Below are positions 46,927 to 58,448 of a stretch of DNA of 64,000 nucleotides, piece by piece. The stretch spans positions 12,780 to 76,779 of the forward strand of contig JAPLME010000002.1 of NCBI GenBank assembly GCA_026387175.1, in the 5' to 3' direction. The stretch is from Candidatus Omnitrophota bacterium. Its GTDB lineage: Bacteria; Omnitrophota; Gorgyraeia; 2-01-FULL-45-10. The number at the start of each line of letters is the position of its first letter. Position 1 is the first letter of the stretch. Made by a program: the position numbers and the translations under genes. A model generated the notes under the pieces. That model did not search any database, was not told the origin of the DNA, and saw only the letters and a list, made by a program, of their open reading frames with translations.

Positions 46927-47899
46927 GAAGAGATGGATAGTTGCTCTGGTTTTATTTACGGCCGGCGCCTTAGCTATAGCGCTTTTAAATACGGGAAATA
47001 AGCCGTCAGGGGAGGTCGCGCGGGAAGTGAAACCGGCTATAGGCAATATACAGACTACCATCACTTCCACCGCTACTGTGCAGCCGCAAAACAGGCTGGA
47101 GATAAAACCTCCGATCAACGGCCGTATAGATCAGGTATTGGTCGAGGAGGGTGATATTGTAAAAGCGGGACAGACCCTGGTGTGGATGAGCTCTACCGAG
47201 AGGGCTGCCCTTTTGGACGCCGCAAGGACGCGCGGCCCGGATGCCATGAAATACTGGGAAGAAGTGTATAAGCCGACCCCCCTGATATCCCCGCTCGACG
47301 GGGAAGTCATCGTAAGCCAGGATGAGCCGGGGCAGATAGTGACCTCATCGGATGCGGTGCTTGTCCTGTCCGACCGCTTGATCGTCCAGGCCCAGGTCGA
47401 TGAGACCGACATAGGCGGGATCCGCGTCGGCCAGGAAGTGATGATCAGTCTCGACGCTTATCCTAACATCAAAGTGAAAGGCAAGGTCGACCACATATAT
47501 TACGAATCCAAGATAGTGAATAATGTTACCATCTATCAGGTCGATATTCTCCCTGAAACCGTTCCGGAAGTTTTCCGATCGGGAATGACGGCCACTGTCG
47601 TAATTACAGAAAAGACGAAAGATAACATCGCTCTTATACCTCTTGAAGCCGTAAAGCGGAAAAAGGACGGCGCGTATGTCCTGATAAAGGAATCTCCGGG
47701 AGCGAAGCCGATCGAGCGAAAAATTGAGCTGGGTATCGCGGATGAAAAGAATGTGGAAGTGATCTCCGGTGTGTCGGAGGCGGATACTATCATAGTCGCA
47801 GGCCAGAAATATTCGCCATCGGTTAAGGCTAATAGCGGAACTAATCCTTTCATGCCTTTTAGAGGAAGGCCCAGCGGGCAATCGGCAAAATCAAAATGA
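46916..47899 (+). CDS. macA: HlyD/MacA-like periplasmic adaptor subunit
   Basis: N-terminal TM anchor. Lipoyl/beta-barrel MFP motifs. Overlaps the tolC-like stop. Confidence 0.75.
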   Translation: MVNKKRWIVALVLFTAGALAIALLNTGNKPSGEVAREVKPAIGNIQTTITSTATVQPQNRLEIKPPINGRIDQVLVEEGDIVKAGQTLVWMSSTERAALLDAARTRGPDAMKYWEEVYKPTPLISPLDGEVIVSQDEPGQIVTSSDAVLVLSDRLIVQAQVDETDIGGIRVGQEVMISLDAYPNIKVKGKVDHIYYESKIVNNVTIYQVDILPETVPEVFRSGMTATVVITEKTKDNIALIPLEAVKRKKDGAYVLIKESPGAKPIERKIELGIADEKNVEVISGVSEADTIIVAGQKYSPSVKANSGTNPFMPFRGRPSGQSAKSK

Positions 47900-47909
47900 T
47901 GGCTTTAAG

Positions 47910-49871
47910 ATGATAAAACTGGAGAACCTCTCCAAGACATACAAGATGGGCGAAGTCGGAGTGGCGGCCCTGCAGGGAGTGTCGCTTGATGTCAGGCCGG
48001 GAGAATTCGTAGCCATAATGGGGCCGTCGGGCTCCGGCAAGTCGACGCTTCTGCACCTATTGGGTTTTCTGGACTCACCCGATTCCGGCAAATATTATTT
48101 AATGGGTAATGATGTAACAAATTTAAGAGATGACAAGCTCTCAGTCCTCAGGAACAATTACATAGGCTTCGTCTTTCAACAATTCCATCTTTTGCCGCGG
48201 CTCTCCTCTCTAGAGAACACGGAACTTCCGCTCACCTATGCCGGCAAGCGCCATCTGAAAAAAATAGCTATGGAAAAGATCAAGGCCGTCGGGCTCCTCG
48301 AAAGAGGTTCCCATCGTCCCAATGAGCTCTCGGGCGGCGAACAGCAGCGCGTTGCCATAGCGCGTTCTTTGGTTAATGACCCCCCGCTTATCCTGGCCGA
48401 TGAGCCCACGGGAAATCTCGATTCAAAGAGCCAGAACGAAATAATGGCGATCCTGGTGGATCTTAACCGGCAGGGGAAGACGATCGTCATGGTCACTCAC
48501 GAGGAGGAAGTCGCGGAGTATGCTAAGAGGATCATCAAGATGCGTGACGGAAAGATAGTATCTGATGAAACCAGGACCGCCACTAAAGATATCGGGCCCG
48601 TGCAGACCGGCATATCGGTAGATAAGATATTGTCCGGGGAATCCTCCGGCATACGGCAGGCTGAACTCGCCGATCATTTGAAGCAGGCTTTCGGTTCGAT
48701 AGTTTCGCACAAGATGCGTTCCGCCCTTTCAATGCTAGGCATCCTGATCGGTGTCGCCGCCGTTATCGCTATGCTCGCCTTAGGCCAGGGGGCGAAAGAG
48801 TCTATCTCCCAAACGCTGGCGTCGTTAGGCTCAAACCTCTTAACGCTCAGATCGGGGTCGCAGAGAGTGCATGGTGTGGCTATGGAAGCGGGAGCGGTAA
48901 CACGCTTTACGTTTCAGGATGTGGACGCTATAGCAAAAATTCCGAATGTGAAAAGGGTCTCACCGACCGTTACCGGCAGAGGGCAGCTTGTCTATATGAA
49001 TAAAAACTGGAATACCCAGGTCCAGGGCACAGGCGTTAATTTCGCCGAGATGCGGGCATCCGTTCCCACGGCGGGCAAATTTTTTACAGAGGACGAATTA
49101 CGTTCCCGCGCCAGAGTGGCACTGCTGGGGACAACCGTCGTGAGGGAATTGTTCGGAAGCGAGAATCCCATAGATTCGATGATAAGGATAAACAAGGTCA
49201 GCTTTAAAGTGATAGGCATCTTACCGTCGAAGGGCACTAACATGTTCCACGACCAGGACGACCTGGTAGTTATTCCCGTCACCACGGCCATGTACCGGCT
49301 TTTAGGGAAACAGTATGTAGACACGGTGGATGCGGAAGTCAGCGATCAGTCGGCAATGGAAGAAGTGCAGAATAACATGAAAGATCTGATCATAAAGAGC
49401 CACCGTCTCAGCAAAGAAAATGAGGACTCGTTCGAGATACGGAACATGGCCGATATACAGCAGACATTGGCGCAGACGACCAAGACCATGACGCTGCTCC
49501 TAGGCGCCATAGCGGCCATCTCTCTCCTGGTCGGGGGTATAGGAATAATGAATATAATGCTTGTATCTGTCACGGAGAGGACCAGGGAAATCGGTTTAAG
49601 GAAAGCGATAGGCGCGCGCGGATCGGACATCATGACACAGTTTCTGATAGAGTCGGTGGTGATGACGTTTACCGGAGGAGCGATGGGTGTTTTGTGCGGT
49701 TCGGGAATAGCCGCGCTTCTGGCCCTGGTCGCGGGATGGGCGATAAAGGTTTCGATCTCTTCAGTCCTGCTCGCAACCACTTTTTCTATCGCCATCGGCA
49801 TAATATTCGGACTGTGGCCCGCGCGGCAAGCGGCCAGACTTAATCCGATCGAAGCGCTTAGATATGAATAA
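47910..49871 (+). CDS. macB: MacB-like fused ABC ATPase-permease (FtsX-type)
   Basis: Walker [19 protein letters not shown]-terminal four-helix FtsX permease. Confidence 0.85.
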   Translation: MIKLENLSKTYKMGEVGVAALQGVSLDVRPGEFVAIMGPSGSGKSTLLHLLGFLDSPDSGKYYLMGNDVTNLRDDKLSVLRNNYIGFVFQQFHLLPRLSSLENTELPLTYAGKRHLKKIAMEKIKAVGLLERGSHRPNELSGGEQQRVAIARSLVNDPPLILADEPTGNLDSKSQNEIMAILVDLNRQGKTIVMVTHEEEVAEYAKRIIKMRDGKIVSDETRTATKDIGPVQTGISVDKILSGESSGIRQAELADHLKQAFGSIVSHKMRSALSMLGILIGVAAVIAMLALGQGAKESISQTLASLGSNLLTLRSGSQRVHGVAMEAGAVTRFTFQDVDAIAKIPNVKRVSPTVTGRGQLVYMNKNWNTQVQGTGVNFAEMRASVPTAGKFFTEDELRSRARVALLGTTVVRELFGSENPIDSMIRINKVSFKVIGILPSKGTNMFHDQDDLVVIPVTTAMYRLLGKQYVDTVDAEVSDQSAMEEVQNNMKDLIIKSHRLSKENEDSFEIRNMADIQQTLAQTTKTMTLLLGAIAAISLLVGGIGIMNIMLVSVTERTREIGLRKAIGARGSDIMTQFLIESVVMTFTGGAMGVLCGSGIAALLALVAGWAIKVSISSVLLATTFSIAIGIIFGLWPARQAARLNPIEALRYE

Positions 49872-49892
49872 CAAAGAGAAGGCCTTGCCTCT

Positions 49893-50657
49893 ATGCTGTT
49901 AAAAATAAGTTTAATTCGAGTTATTAACCTTCTGGGAATCTCGGGGATTTACCTATACTTCTGCAAGCGCCTGAAAATATTTCCGGTACAAGTAAAAGTG
50001 CCGATATTCGGAAAGATCCGGACATTTCATGAAGCGAGGAACATTTTTGATAATTTTGGCTCCTCAGGGCAATTAAGGGACGAGACGATAGAGCGCTATC
50101 TTTCGAAAAAATCGGCGCCATGTATAGTTGATTGCGGGGTAAACGTCGGCGTGACGGCGCGATGGTGGTTTCATCTTAATCGTCGATCAACAGTTTTTGG
50201 AATTGACATGATGAAAGAATCTCAGGAATTCACCGTAGAAACAATAAAGTCCATAGGCATAGCCCCGGACAGATATAGGCCCATTATAGCGGCGTTGTGG
50301 TCCGAAAACGGAAAAGAGTTCAAAATCGGCATAGGTGACCCGCTTTGCGGCGATTACGGTTTTTATCGATTCGATAAGGAAAAGAGCGAAAGAACTTTTG
50401 TGACCAGGACGCTCGATACTGTATTCGATTCCGAAAATATCGGCGATGTAGATCTTTTGAAAATCGATCTGGAAGGCGTGGGGGGCGAAGTTCTTAAGGA
50501 TGCGGCGAAACTTCTTAAAAAGACGAAACATATATTCCTGGAGACTCACTCCGAAGAGGAAAGTAAGCTGGCCGGCAGCATATTAACAAGTAATAAATTC
50601 CGCCTGAGAAAGACTGCTAGCAGGCATCAATGGTGGGAAAAATATGATATACAATAA
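49893..50657 (+). CDS. FkbM-family methyltransferase
   Basis: VDCGVNVGVTA matches the FkbM DxGANxG motif. Confidence 0.55.
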   Translation: MLLKISLIRVINLLGISGIYLYFCKRLKIFPVQVKVPIFGKIRTFHEARNIFDNFGSSGQLRDETIERYLSKKSAPCIVDCGVNVGVTARWWFHLNRRSTVFGIDMMKESQEFTVETIKSIGIAPDRYRPIIAALWSENGKEFKIGIGDPLCGDYGFYRFDKEKSERTFVTRTLDTVFDSENIGDVDLLKIDLEGVGGEVLKDAAKLLKKTKHIFLETHSEEESKLAGSILTSNKFRLRKTASRHQWWEKYDIQ

Positions 50658-52065
50658 ACTAAAAACTTTTCCGCGGTTAATAGCCCTGATTACAGGTATT
50701 TTTTTTATAGGGTTCTGCGTTATATTTGCTTTAGATATCTTTTTTCCCAAAATGCCTGCCCTGATCAACTCTCTTCTGGATAGCCTCCTCCTGGTGATCC
50801 TGGCCTTCCCCCTGATATCCCGATTTGATCTTTCCCGCATCGCCATGGAAAACAAGCGAAACTTTGATACCCAGGCGGCGCTCAACTCACTTTTGCGCCT
50901 GATGATCGAAGATATCTCTCTGGACGAGATCCTGAATAGAACGCTCGATACCATCTTTTCACTGCCATGGTTTACCGTGCAGCCGAGAGGGGCCATATTC
51001 CTGGTCGAGGATGAACTCGATGTCCTGGTGATGAAGGCGCAAAAAAATCTTTCCGAACCTATACGGCAGTTATGTTCAAGAGTCCCTTTCGGCAAGTGTC
51101 TTTGCGGAAGGACGGCCTTAACAAAAGATATGCAATTCGCGGACCGGCTTGACAGCCGCCATGAGATTATGTACGAAGGTATTAATCCTCACGGCCATTA
51201 TTGTGTGCCCATACTGCTCAAGGGCAAGGTGCTGGGAGTGGTTAACCTGTATTTAGATGAGAAATATGCCCGGGATAAGACGGACGAGGTATTTCTTCTT
51301 GCGGTAGCGGATCTTCTGGCCGGTATCATACAGGAGAAACGGTTTGAGGAGGGCCAGAGGAAGGCGCAGGAAAGGCTTATCCAGGCGAGCAAGATGGATG
51401 TGGTAGGCAGGCTTGCCGGCGGCGTTGCCCATGAGGTGAAGAACCCTCTTGCAATAGTGCTTATGGGAACGGATTATCTTTCAGGAAAGATTAACGCCGG
51501 CGATAAAAGGGTATTATCCACCCTTAATGATATGAAGGCCGCTATCAAAAGAGCCGATGACGTTATCAAGGACCTGTTAGATTTTTCCAGGGTCTCGGAG
51601 TTAAATATTACCGCGCAGGACATTAATTCCATACTGAATAACGCGCTCGTTTTAGTTAAATATCAAATCGACAGCGCCCATGTAGAGATACATAAAGACC
51701 TGAAGGAGGATATCCCCCGGGTTCAGGCGGATAGGAATAAGATAGAGCAGGTATTTGTAAATATCATACTTAATTCTATTCAGGCCATGCCGGATGGCGG
51801 GACATTGACGGTAAGGACTTACGCCAAAAAAGTAACAGGAGACACGAATGTAGTTATTGAAATAGAAGACACCGGCACCGGTATCTCCGAAGATAATTTA
51901 AATAATATATTCGAACCATTCTTCACCACGCGCCGCGATAAAGGAGGCACGGGCCTGGGCCTCTTTATAGTAAGAAACATAATCGAGATGCATAAAGGAA
52001 GGGTAGAGATTATTAATAAAAAAGACGGCCATGGCACAAAGACGACCATAACTCTTAAAGGATAA
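50644..52065 (+). CDS. sensor histidine kinase with N-terminal TM segments, GAF domain, HisKA and HATPase_c
   Basis: H-box AHEVKNPL. G-boxes DTGTGI and GGTGLGL. Confidence 0.8.
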   Translation: MIYNKLKTFPRLIALITGIFFIGFCVIFALDIFFPKMPALINSLLDSLLLVILAFPLISRFDLSRIAMENKRNFDTQAALNSLLRLMIEDISLDEILNRTLDTIFSLPWFTVQPRGAIFLVEDELDVLVMKAQKNLSEPIRQLCSRVPFGKCLCGRTALTKDMQFADRLDSRHEIMYEGINPHGHYCVPILLKGKVLGVVNLYLDEKYARDKTDEVFLLAVADLLAGIIQEKRFEEGQRKAQERLIQASKMDVVGRLAGGVAHEVKNPLAIVLMGTDYLSGKINAGDKRVLSTLNDMKAAIKRADDVIKDLLDFSRVSELNITAQDINSILNNALVLVKYQIDSAHVEIHKDLKEDIPRVQADRNKIEQVFVNIILNSIQAMPDGGTLTVRTYAKKVTGDTNVVIEIEDTGTGISEDNLNNIFEPFFTTRRDKGGTGLGLFIVRNIIEMHKGRVEIINKKDGHGTKTTITLKG

Positions 52066-52080
52066 AAAAGGAGAGGCTTT

Positions 52081-52452
52081 ATGGAAAAGAAGAAGATACT
52101 TATTATCGACGACGAAGCGGGCTTTACCAGAGTAGTGAAATTGGCTCTCGAAGAGACCGGCGACTATGAGGTCAGGATAGAGAATAAAGGCGAAAAAGGG
52201 CTCAGCACGGCCCTAGAATTTAACCCGGACCTGATTTTATTGGACGTGATAATGCCTGATATTTCAGGCGGCGAGGTATGCTCCCAGATACAATCCGCCG
52301 CGGGCCTGAAAGATACCCCTATAGTATTTTTAACCGCCATCGTAAAGGAAAAAGAAGTCGGGCCGGGAGTAAGCACTATCAGCGGCCATCCGTTTCTGGC
52401 CAAACCTGTAAGCAAGAAGAAGCTTATCGGAGCCATTGAAAGGTATATATGA
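52081..52452 (+). CDS. stand-alone receiver-domain response regulator, cognate partner candidate of the GAF kinase
   Basis: ILIIDDE...DLILLDVIMP. Confidence 0.85.
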   Translation: MEKKKILIIDDEAGFTRVVKLALEETGDYEVRIENKGEKGLSTALEFNPDLILLDVIMPDISGGEVCSQIQSAAGLKDTPIVFLTAIVKEKEVGPGVSTISGHPFLAKPVSKKKLIGAIERYI

Positions 52453-52608
52453 TAATAGTGCTGGGAATAATCGCCGTCCTGATACTTCTAAGCATTATAT
52501 ATTTACGGAAATTTATGCGCGATATGGCTGTTGTCGAAAGCGAGCTGATTAAAGAGCTTAGAGAAATAAAAAATTGCCTGATAAAGATAAATGAAAAACA
52601 GCTATAAT
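52450..52608 (+). CDS. 52-aa single-pass membrane peptide (MIIVLGIIAVLILLSIIYL...) overlapping the regulator stop in an ATGA junction
   Basis: Translational coupling geometry. Below the track size cutoff. Confidence 0.35.
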
Positions 52609-52681
52609 AATCTTGCAACTTTATGATGGTGCGTGTATACTTACCTATGACCAGTAACCAGTTGAAAGGGGGTATGCGATT

Positions 52682-52981
52682 ATGAGGAGATTAGCAGTGG
52701 TGTTAGTGATCGCGGCTATCGCGTTATACGCGATGCCTGTATTCGCTGGCGATGCGGCATCCGCGCCGAAGGCCGGAGAAAAGTCGATATTCCAGAGGCT
52801 GAGCAATGAAATCTGCGGCAGTAAGATGCCTGCCAGATTTGCTGTCAAACCGATTGCGAAAGATTCGGTTGAAGCGGTTAAGTACGTGGGTGATCGTAAA
52901 GTGAAGGTGTTCCAGGACGTGTCTGACGGTATCGCCCAGGGGTCCGCAAAGGCAAAGGGCGAGTCTCTGCGTACGAAATAA
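52682..52981 (+). CDS. small secreted protein (99 aa)
   Basis: SD AAAGGGGGT. Signal peptide. Confidence 0.5.
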   Translation: MRRLAVVLVIAAIALYAMPVFAGDAASAPKAGEKSIFQRLSNEICGSKMPARFAVKPIAKDSVEAVKYVGDRKVKVFQDVSDGIAQGSAKAKGESLRTK

Positions 52982-53007
52982 TTGGTTTTCAGCATTTAGT
53001 CTTCAAT

Positions 53008-53044
53008 AGGCCCTGTCTTTCGTGTACAGACAGGGCCTTTACTT
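53008..53044 (+). terminator. hairpin AGGCCCTGTCT-N9-AGACAGGGCCT + TTTACTT
   Basis: 10-bp perfect stem immediately before ATG 53045. Confidence 0.45.
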
Positions 53045-53644
53045 ATGAATAAGCTGAAAGGAAGAAGGGAGCTGACCCTCATTATGGTAAAAACATTATT
53101 TATCGTTTCTTTTTTATTATCCGCGCTTCTCGGAGCCGGCTATTATGGAGAACTCTGCGCTATGGAAAACCCGGTTGTCGTTTTAGAGACTACACAAGGC
53201 GTCATAGAACTTACGCTCAGGCCGGATGTCGCGCCTAAAGCGTGTGAAAATTTTGTAAAATTGGTTGAGAAAGGCTATTATAACGGCATTATCTTTCACC
53301 GTGTGATACCGCAATTTATGATCCAGGGGGGCGACCCCACCGGAACCGGCACCGGAGGGTCATCGATCTGGGGAAGGCCGTTCGGCGATGAATTACGCGC
53401 CGATGTCTGTTTTGACAAGCCAGGTATCCTGGCCATGGCAAATTCCGGGCCAAACACAAACGGCAGCCAATTCTTTATCACGACCGTCGAGACTTCATGG
53501 CTCAATATGCGCCACACGATATTCGGATATGTTTCGGCCGGGTATGATGTAGTGAAAAAGATAGAAAAGACGCCGACCGGCGCTGAAAATAAGCCTTTAG
53601 TCCCTCAAGAGATAATCAAGGCATATATAAAGACGAAACAATAA
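53045..53644 (+). CDS. cyclophilin-type peptidyl-prolyl cis-trans isomerase, secreted
   Basis: FHRVIPQFMIQGGD, MANSGPNTNGSQFFIT. Alternative start 53084. Confidence 0.85.
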   Translation: MNKLKGRRELTLIMVKTLFIVSFLLSALLGAGYYGELCAMENPVVVLETTQGVIELTLRPDVAPKACENFVKLVEKGYYNGIIFHRVIPQFMIQGGDPTGTGTGGSSIWGRPFGDELRADVCFDKPGILAMANSGPNTNGSQFFITTVETSWLNMRHTIFGYVSAGYDVVKKIEKTPTGAENKPLVPQEIIKAYIKTKQ

Positions 53645-53997
53645 TGCCGATCGTAAAGACGAACGATAGAAGAGGTTTCACGCTTGTCGAGATCATGACG
53701 GTCATCGGGATCATCGGCATACTGGCGGCTATAGCTATCGCCAATTTCATGGTGGCAAAGCGCGTCGCCCAGAAGAACGCCTGCATAGCTAACCTGAAAC
53801 AGATCCAGATAGTTGTCAATACATGGGCGCTGGATACGGACTCGAGTCCGAACGCGACATTCACAAAGGCGGACCTGGTGCCCAATTATATTAAGACATG
53901 GCCTAAGGAAGGCACGGCGGATTACCCTTTGCCGGCTAATGTAAATTCTACACCGGTTTGTCCGAATGCCGCCGTTAACACCGACCATACGATATAA
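53644..53997 (+). CDS. type IV pilin/pseudopilin with prepilin cleavage-methylation motif
   Basis: RRGFTLVEIMTVIGIIGILAAIAI. Confidence 0.75.
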   Translation: MPIVKTNDRRGFTLVEIMTVIGIIGILAAIAIANFMVAKRVAQKNACIANLKQIQIVVNTWALDTDSSPNATFTKADLVPNYIKTWPKEGTADYPLPANVNSTPVCPNAAVNTDHTI

Positions 53998-54008
53998 GCG
54001 GAAGATAT

Positions 54009-54737
54009 ATGAGATTGTTGGTATCGATATTGATATGGATAGTGGGCGCTCTCATTACCATGGCCACATTTCTGGCAAGCGTCCTCCTCTCTGTAATACT
54101 TTATCCGTTCCCATTCAGGAAAAAGATAGTTCATGCGCAGTGTTTCTGGTGGTCGGACGCGATAATAGCTTTAAATCCCTACTGGAAGATCAGCATAAAA
54201 GGCCTGCAGAATATAGACCCCTCTAAAACATATGTTATAGTGGCCAACCATCAGAGCCTGGCAGATATTGTTATAATATACCAGATACGTACGTATTTTA
54301 AATGGGTGGCGAAAGAAGAGCTTCTTAAAGTGCCGTTTATAGGCGGCCTGCTTTGGATTAATAATCATATTATGCTTTCCAGGGGGGATTTTAGCAGTGT
54401 AAAAGAAGTTTATAAAAAGGCGGCTGAGTACCTTAAAAGCGGCATATCGATGTTATTTTTCCCGGAGGGAACGCGCTCCAGCACCGATCAAATGGGTGAA
54501 TTTCAGAATGGAGCTTTTAAGCTGGCTATAAGGGAAGGCAAGAGCGTCCTTCCTATATTTATCGGCGGCACCAGGGAAGCGATACCTAAAGGCGGTTTTA
54601 TCTTTAAAACAAAGGTATCCGGAAAGCTTGTGGTGCTTCCGCCGATCGATACATCGAGTTTCAAGATTGCCGATTACGCGGTCTTGAGAGATATGGTGCG
54701 TGAGCAGTTGCAAAAAGTCGCTTCGGAAAAAGCTTAA
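54009..54737 (+). CDS. plsC: 1-acyl-sn-glycerol-3-phosphate acyltransferase
   Basis: NHQSLADI (HX4D) and FPEGTRS motifs. Confidence 0.8.
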   Translation: MRLLVSILIWIVGALITMATFLASVLLSVILYPFPFRKKIVHAQCFWWSDAIIALNPYWKISIKGLQNIDPSKTYVIVANHQSLADIVIIYQIRTYFKWVAKEELLKVPFIGGLLWINNHIMLSRGDFSSVKEVYKKAAEYLKSGISMLFFPEGTRSSTDQMGEFQNGAFKLAIREGKSVLPIFIGGTREAIPKGGFIFKTKVSGKLVVLPPIDTSSFKIADYAVLRDMVREQLQKVASEKA

Positions 54738-54809
54738 TCATTGGGCGGTTTTGTGTTAGAATAATTTTTGTGAAATAGACGGTTAAAGTTAATACGGGGA
54801 GCAATAATA

Positions 54810-55556
54810 ATGAAGAAGCTGGTGTTGCTGCGCCACGGCGAAAGCACGTGGAATAAGGAGAACAGGTTTACGGGCTGGACCGATGTCGATCTTTCCGATA
54901 AAGGCAGAGAAGAGGCCGCAAAGGCCGGCGAAGTGCTGAAGAAAGAAGGTTTCGTCTTCGATGTGGCCTATACCTCGGTATTGAAGAGGGCCGTATATAC
55001 ATTATGGACCGTCCTCGACAAGATGGATCTTGTGTGGATACCCGTGAATAATTCGTGGCGGCTCAATGAGCGCCATTACGGGGCCCTGCAGGGGCTCAAT
55101 AAGTCGGAGACCGCGGCAAAATTCGGCGAGAAACAGGTCCTTATATGGAGAAGAAGCTATGATATCCCGCCTCCGCCTCTTGAAAAGAACGATCCGAGAA
55201 GCCCCCGCAACGACCCGCGCTATAGGGACTTATCCGACAGCGAGATCCCGTTGACGGAATGCTTAAAAGATACGGTAAAGAGATTTTTGCCGTACTGGCA
55301 TGAAACCATAGCTCCGGTGGTCAAGTCGGGTAAATGTGTGATCATAGCCGCCCACGGTAATAGCTTGAGGGCGCTGGTTAAATACCTCGACAATATACCG
55401 GATGACAAGATAGTCGGAGTGAATATTCCTACCGGGCTGCCTCTTGTATACGAATTGTCGGACGATCTGAAGCCGATCAAAAGTTATTATCTCGGCGATC
55501 CGGAAGAGGTGAAGAAAGCGATGGAAGCGGTGGCCAACCAGGGCAAGGCGAAATGA
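54810..55556 (+). CDS. gpmA: 2,3-bisphosphoglycerate-dependent phosphoglycerate mutase
   Basis: [20 protein letters not shown]. Full-length similarity. Confidence 0.9.
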   Translation: MKKLVLLRHGESTWNKENRFTGWTDVDLSDKGREEAAKAGEVLKKEGFVFDVAYTSVLKRAVYTLWTVLDKMDLVWIPVNNSWRLNERHYGALQGLNKSETAAKFGEKQVLIWRRSYDIPPPPLEKNDPRSPRNDPRYRDLSDSEIPLTECLKDTVKRFLPYWHETIAPVVKSGKCVIIAAHGNSLRALVKYLDNIPDDKIVGVNIPTGLPLVYELSDDLKPIKSYYLGDPEEVKKAMEAVANQGKAK

Positions 55557-57130
55557 TCAAAGTAAGAAAAGCTCTTATAAGTGTATCCGATAAGACCGGA
55601 CTGGAAGACCTTGTGAAGGTTTTGCACAAATTTGCCGTTAAGATACTCTCCACAGGAGGGACGTCAAAAGCCATAATCCGTATGGGAGTCCCTGTGAAGG
55701 ATGTGTCCGATTACACCGGCTTTCCTGAGATGCTGGACGGCAGAGTGAAGACGCTCCACCCGAAGGTCCATGGCGCTCTCCTGGCTTTGCGCGATAATAA
55801 GGAACATATGGATGCCGTGAAAGAACACGGGATCTCCCTGATAGATATGGTGGTCGTGAATCTCTATCCTTTCGAAAAGACAGCCTCGAAACCGCAGATA
55901 GAGCCGGAGGAGGTCATCGAGAATATAGATATCGGAGGCCCTTCGATGCTGAGGAGCGCGGCAAAGAACTATAAATCGGTATGCGTTGTCTGCGATATCG
56001 CCGATTATAAGAGAGTTATCGAAGAGATGGAGAAGAATTCAGGTTGTATCTCGGAAGAGCTCCTTGCCTGGCTCGGAACAAAAGTGTTCGCCAGGACCTC
56101 GGCCTACGACGCGGCCATACATAATTATTTGAGATCGCAAGTGAAAGGAACGGCGGCCGGCGACGAGGAGCTTTTGCCGGAAACGCTCACGATAAATTGT
56201 AAAAAGATTCAGGACCTGCGGTACGGCGAGAACCCTCACCAGAAAGCGGCATTCTACAAGGACCTGTTATCCGACGAGCCGGGCGTCGCTTCCGCGGTCC
56301 AGCTCGGAGGGAAGGAGCTTTCGTTCAATAACATAGTAGATCTTAACGCGGCGCTGGAGATAGTGAAAGAATTCGCGCTTCCCGCGGCCGTTATAGTGAA
56401 ACATACTAATCCGTGCGGAGCGGCGGCGGCCGATACATTGAAACAGGCATATCTGGACGCCCTGGATTGTGACCGCATGAGCGCTTATGGAAGCATCGTC
56501 GGATTCAATGCCCCCGTAGATATCGTTGTCGCCAGGACGATCCTCAAAGAGGCCGATTTTGTCGAATGCATCATCGCGCCGTCTTATGAGGCGGATGTCG
56601 TCGAGGCATTAAGGAAGAAGAAGAACCTGAGGCTCCTGGAAGTGAAGAATTTTGGTATCAAGACCGCAAAGATCCGTCCCGACCTGAAGAAGGTCGTCGG
56701 GGGCGTTCTCATTCAGGATAGGGATATCCTCGGCCTGAAGGAATCAGACCTGAAATTCGTCACTAAAACAAGGCCGACGAAGGATGAGCTTAAGTCGCTT
56801 ATGTTCGGATGGCTGGTGGCGAAACATGTTAAGTCGAATGCGATCGTCCTGTCTCAGGGCACAAGGACCGTGGGCATTGGCGCGGGCCAGATGTCGAGAG
56901 TGGACTCTGTAATGATAGCCGCGCGGAAAGCGGGAGAGCGTTCTAAGGGCTCGACTCTTGCCAGCGACGCGTTCTTTCCCAAAGAGGACGGTATCGAGCA
57001 GGCGGCCCGGGCCGGCGTCAGGGCCATAATACAGCCGGGCGGATCTATAAGGGACGCCGAAGTTATCAGTAAGGCGGACTCGTTCGGTATCTCGATGGTC
57101 TTTACCGGAGTCAGGCACTTCAAACATTAA
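55553..57130 (+). CDS. purH: bifunctional AICAR transformylase / IMP cyclohydrolase
   Basis: MGS-like N-terminus [11 protein letters not shown]...LSTGGT and AICARFT domain. Confidence 0.9.
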   Translation: MIKVRKALISVSDKTGLEDLVKVLHKFAVKILSTGGTSKAIIRMGVPVKDVSDYTGFPEMLDGRVKTLHPKVHGALLALRDNKEHMDAVKEHGISLIDMVVVNLYPFEKTASKPQIEPEEVIENIDIGGPSMLRSAAKNYKSVCVVCDIADYKRVIEEMEKNSGCISEELLAWLGTKVFARTSAYDAAIHNYLRSQVKGTAAGDEELLPETLTINCKKIQDLRYGENPHQKAAFYKDLLSDEPGVASAVQLGGKELSFNNIVDLNAALEIVKEFALPAAVIVKHTNPCGAAAADTLKQAYLDALDCDRMSAYGSIVGFNAPVDIVVARTILKEADFVECIIAPSYEADVVEALRKKKNLRLLEVKNFGIKTAKIRPDLKKVVGGVLIQDRDILGLKESDLKFVTKTRPTKDELKSLMFGWLVAKHVKSNAIVLSQGTRTVGIGAGQMSRVDSVMIAARKAGERSKGSTLASDAFFPKEDGIEQAARAGVRAIIQPGGSIRDAEVISKADSFGISMVFTGVRHFKH

Positions 57131-57133
57131 TGC

Positions 57134-58447
57134 ATGACCTACCAGGAAGCTCTACAATATCTCGATAGCTTCATCAATTACGAAAAGAAGAATAACTACG
57201 ATTATAACCTCTCCTTTAAACTCGACAGAATGAAGAGGCTATGTTCTCTTTTGGGCGATCCCCAAAAGGAGATCAGGTCCATCCATGTGGCAGGCACCAA
57301 AGGAAAAGGCTCCACTTCCGCTATAATACAATCCATTCTGAAAAGCTCCGGTTTTAAGACGGGCCTTTACACGTCTCCGCACCTTGTATCTTTCTGCGAG
57401 AGGATAAAAATAAATGACGCTCTTATAACGGAAGAAGATGTGGGCGCTATACTCGATACGGTAAAAAGCGCGATAGATGAGATGGGCTCTGAGAAGCCCT
57501 CCTTTTTCGAAATATATACAGCGCTGGCATACCTTTATTTTAAGAGAGAGAATGTGGATTTCGCCGTATATGAGGCGGGATTAGGGGGGCGTCTCGACGC
57601 CACCAATGTAATAGACCCCCTGGTATGTGTCATCACTCCGATAAGCTATGAGCACACGCATATTCTCGGAGATACGCTTGCGAAGATCGCGTATGAGAAG
57701 GCCGGAATAATTAAGAGCGGCAGCATCTGCGTATCGGCCCCGCAGGAAGACGAAGCGCTCGCGGTTATAGGAAGCGTGTGCAAAGAGAGGGAGGCTGAAC
57801 TCGTGCTGGCGGGCCGCGATATTAAATTTAAGGAGATCGCCTCAAATGACGAAGAAGAGGTCTTTAACGTCTCTTCATTCTTCGATAAATACGATAGTTT
57901 GCATATGAAACTGCTTGGGTTCCATCAGGTGATAAACGCGAGCGTGGCCATAGGGGCCGTAGAGGCGCTTCGTTTGAGCGGGATCTCCATAGGAAAAGAT
58001 GCGGTAAGGAAAGGGATCGAGTTCGCCAGATGGCCGGGAAGGCTCGAGGTGGTGAGGAAGAGAAGCCCGCGCATAATTCTCGACGGCGCGCAAAATAGAG
58101 CCAGCGCAGATGCCCTGGCGCGCTCAGCGAAAAAGCTATTTAAATACAGGAAGCTTATTCTGGTCCTAGGAGTCTCTAAGGATAAGGATATAAAAGGGAT
58201 GCTAAAGGAACTGGTGCCTGTGTCGGATATCATCATTTTAACGAAGTCCGGAGTGGCCGAGCGGGCGATGGATCCCGAGTTTATAGGCGCTCTTATAACC
58301 CCTGAATCTAAAGTTGCGGGTATAACTCAAAGCGTTAAAGACGCGATCGATATGGCTCTCAGAAAAGCGGGAGCGTCCGACCTAGTGCTGGTTACAGGTT
58401 CTTTATTTGTGGTCGGTGAGGCGCGGCAGATCCTGGTGAAAGAGTGA
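57134..58447 (+). CDS. folC: folylpolyglutamate synthase / dihydrofolate synthase
   Basis: Mur-ligase P-loop VAGTKGKGST. Confidence 0.85.
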   Translation: MTYQEALQYLDSFINYEKKNNYDYNLSFKLDRMKRLCSLLGDPQKEIRSIHVAGTKGKGSTSAIIQSILKSSGFKTGLYTSPHLVSFCERIKINDALITEEDVGAILDTVKSAIDEMGSEKPSFFEIYTALAYLYFKRENVDFAVYEAGLGGRLDATNVIDPLVCVITPISYEHTHILGDTLAKIAYEKAGIIKSGSICVSAPQEDEALAVIGSVCKEREAELVLAGRDIKFKEIASNDEEEVFNVSSFFDKYDSLHMKLLGFHQVINASVAIGAVEALRLSGISIGKDAVRKGIEFARWPGRLEVVRKRSPRIILDGAQNRASADALARSAKKLFKYRKLILVLGVSKDKDIKGMLKELVPVSDIIILTKSGVAERAMDPEFIGALITPESKVAGITQSVKDAIDMALRKAGASDLVLVTGSLFVVGEARQILVKE

Positions 58448-58448
58448 T

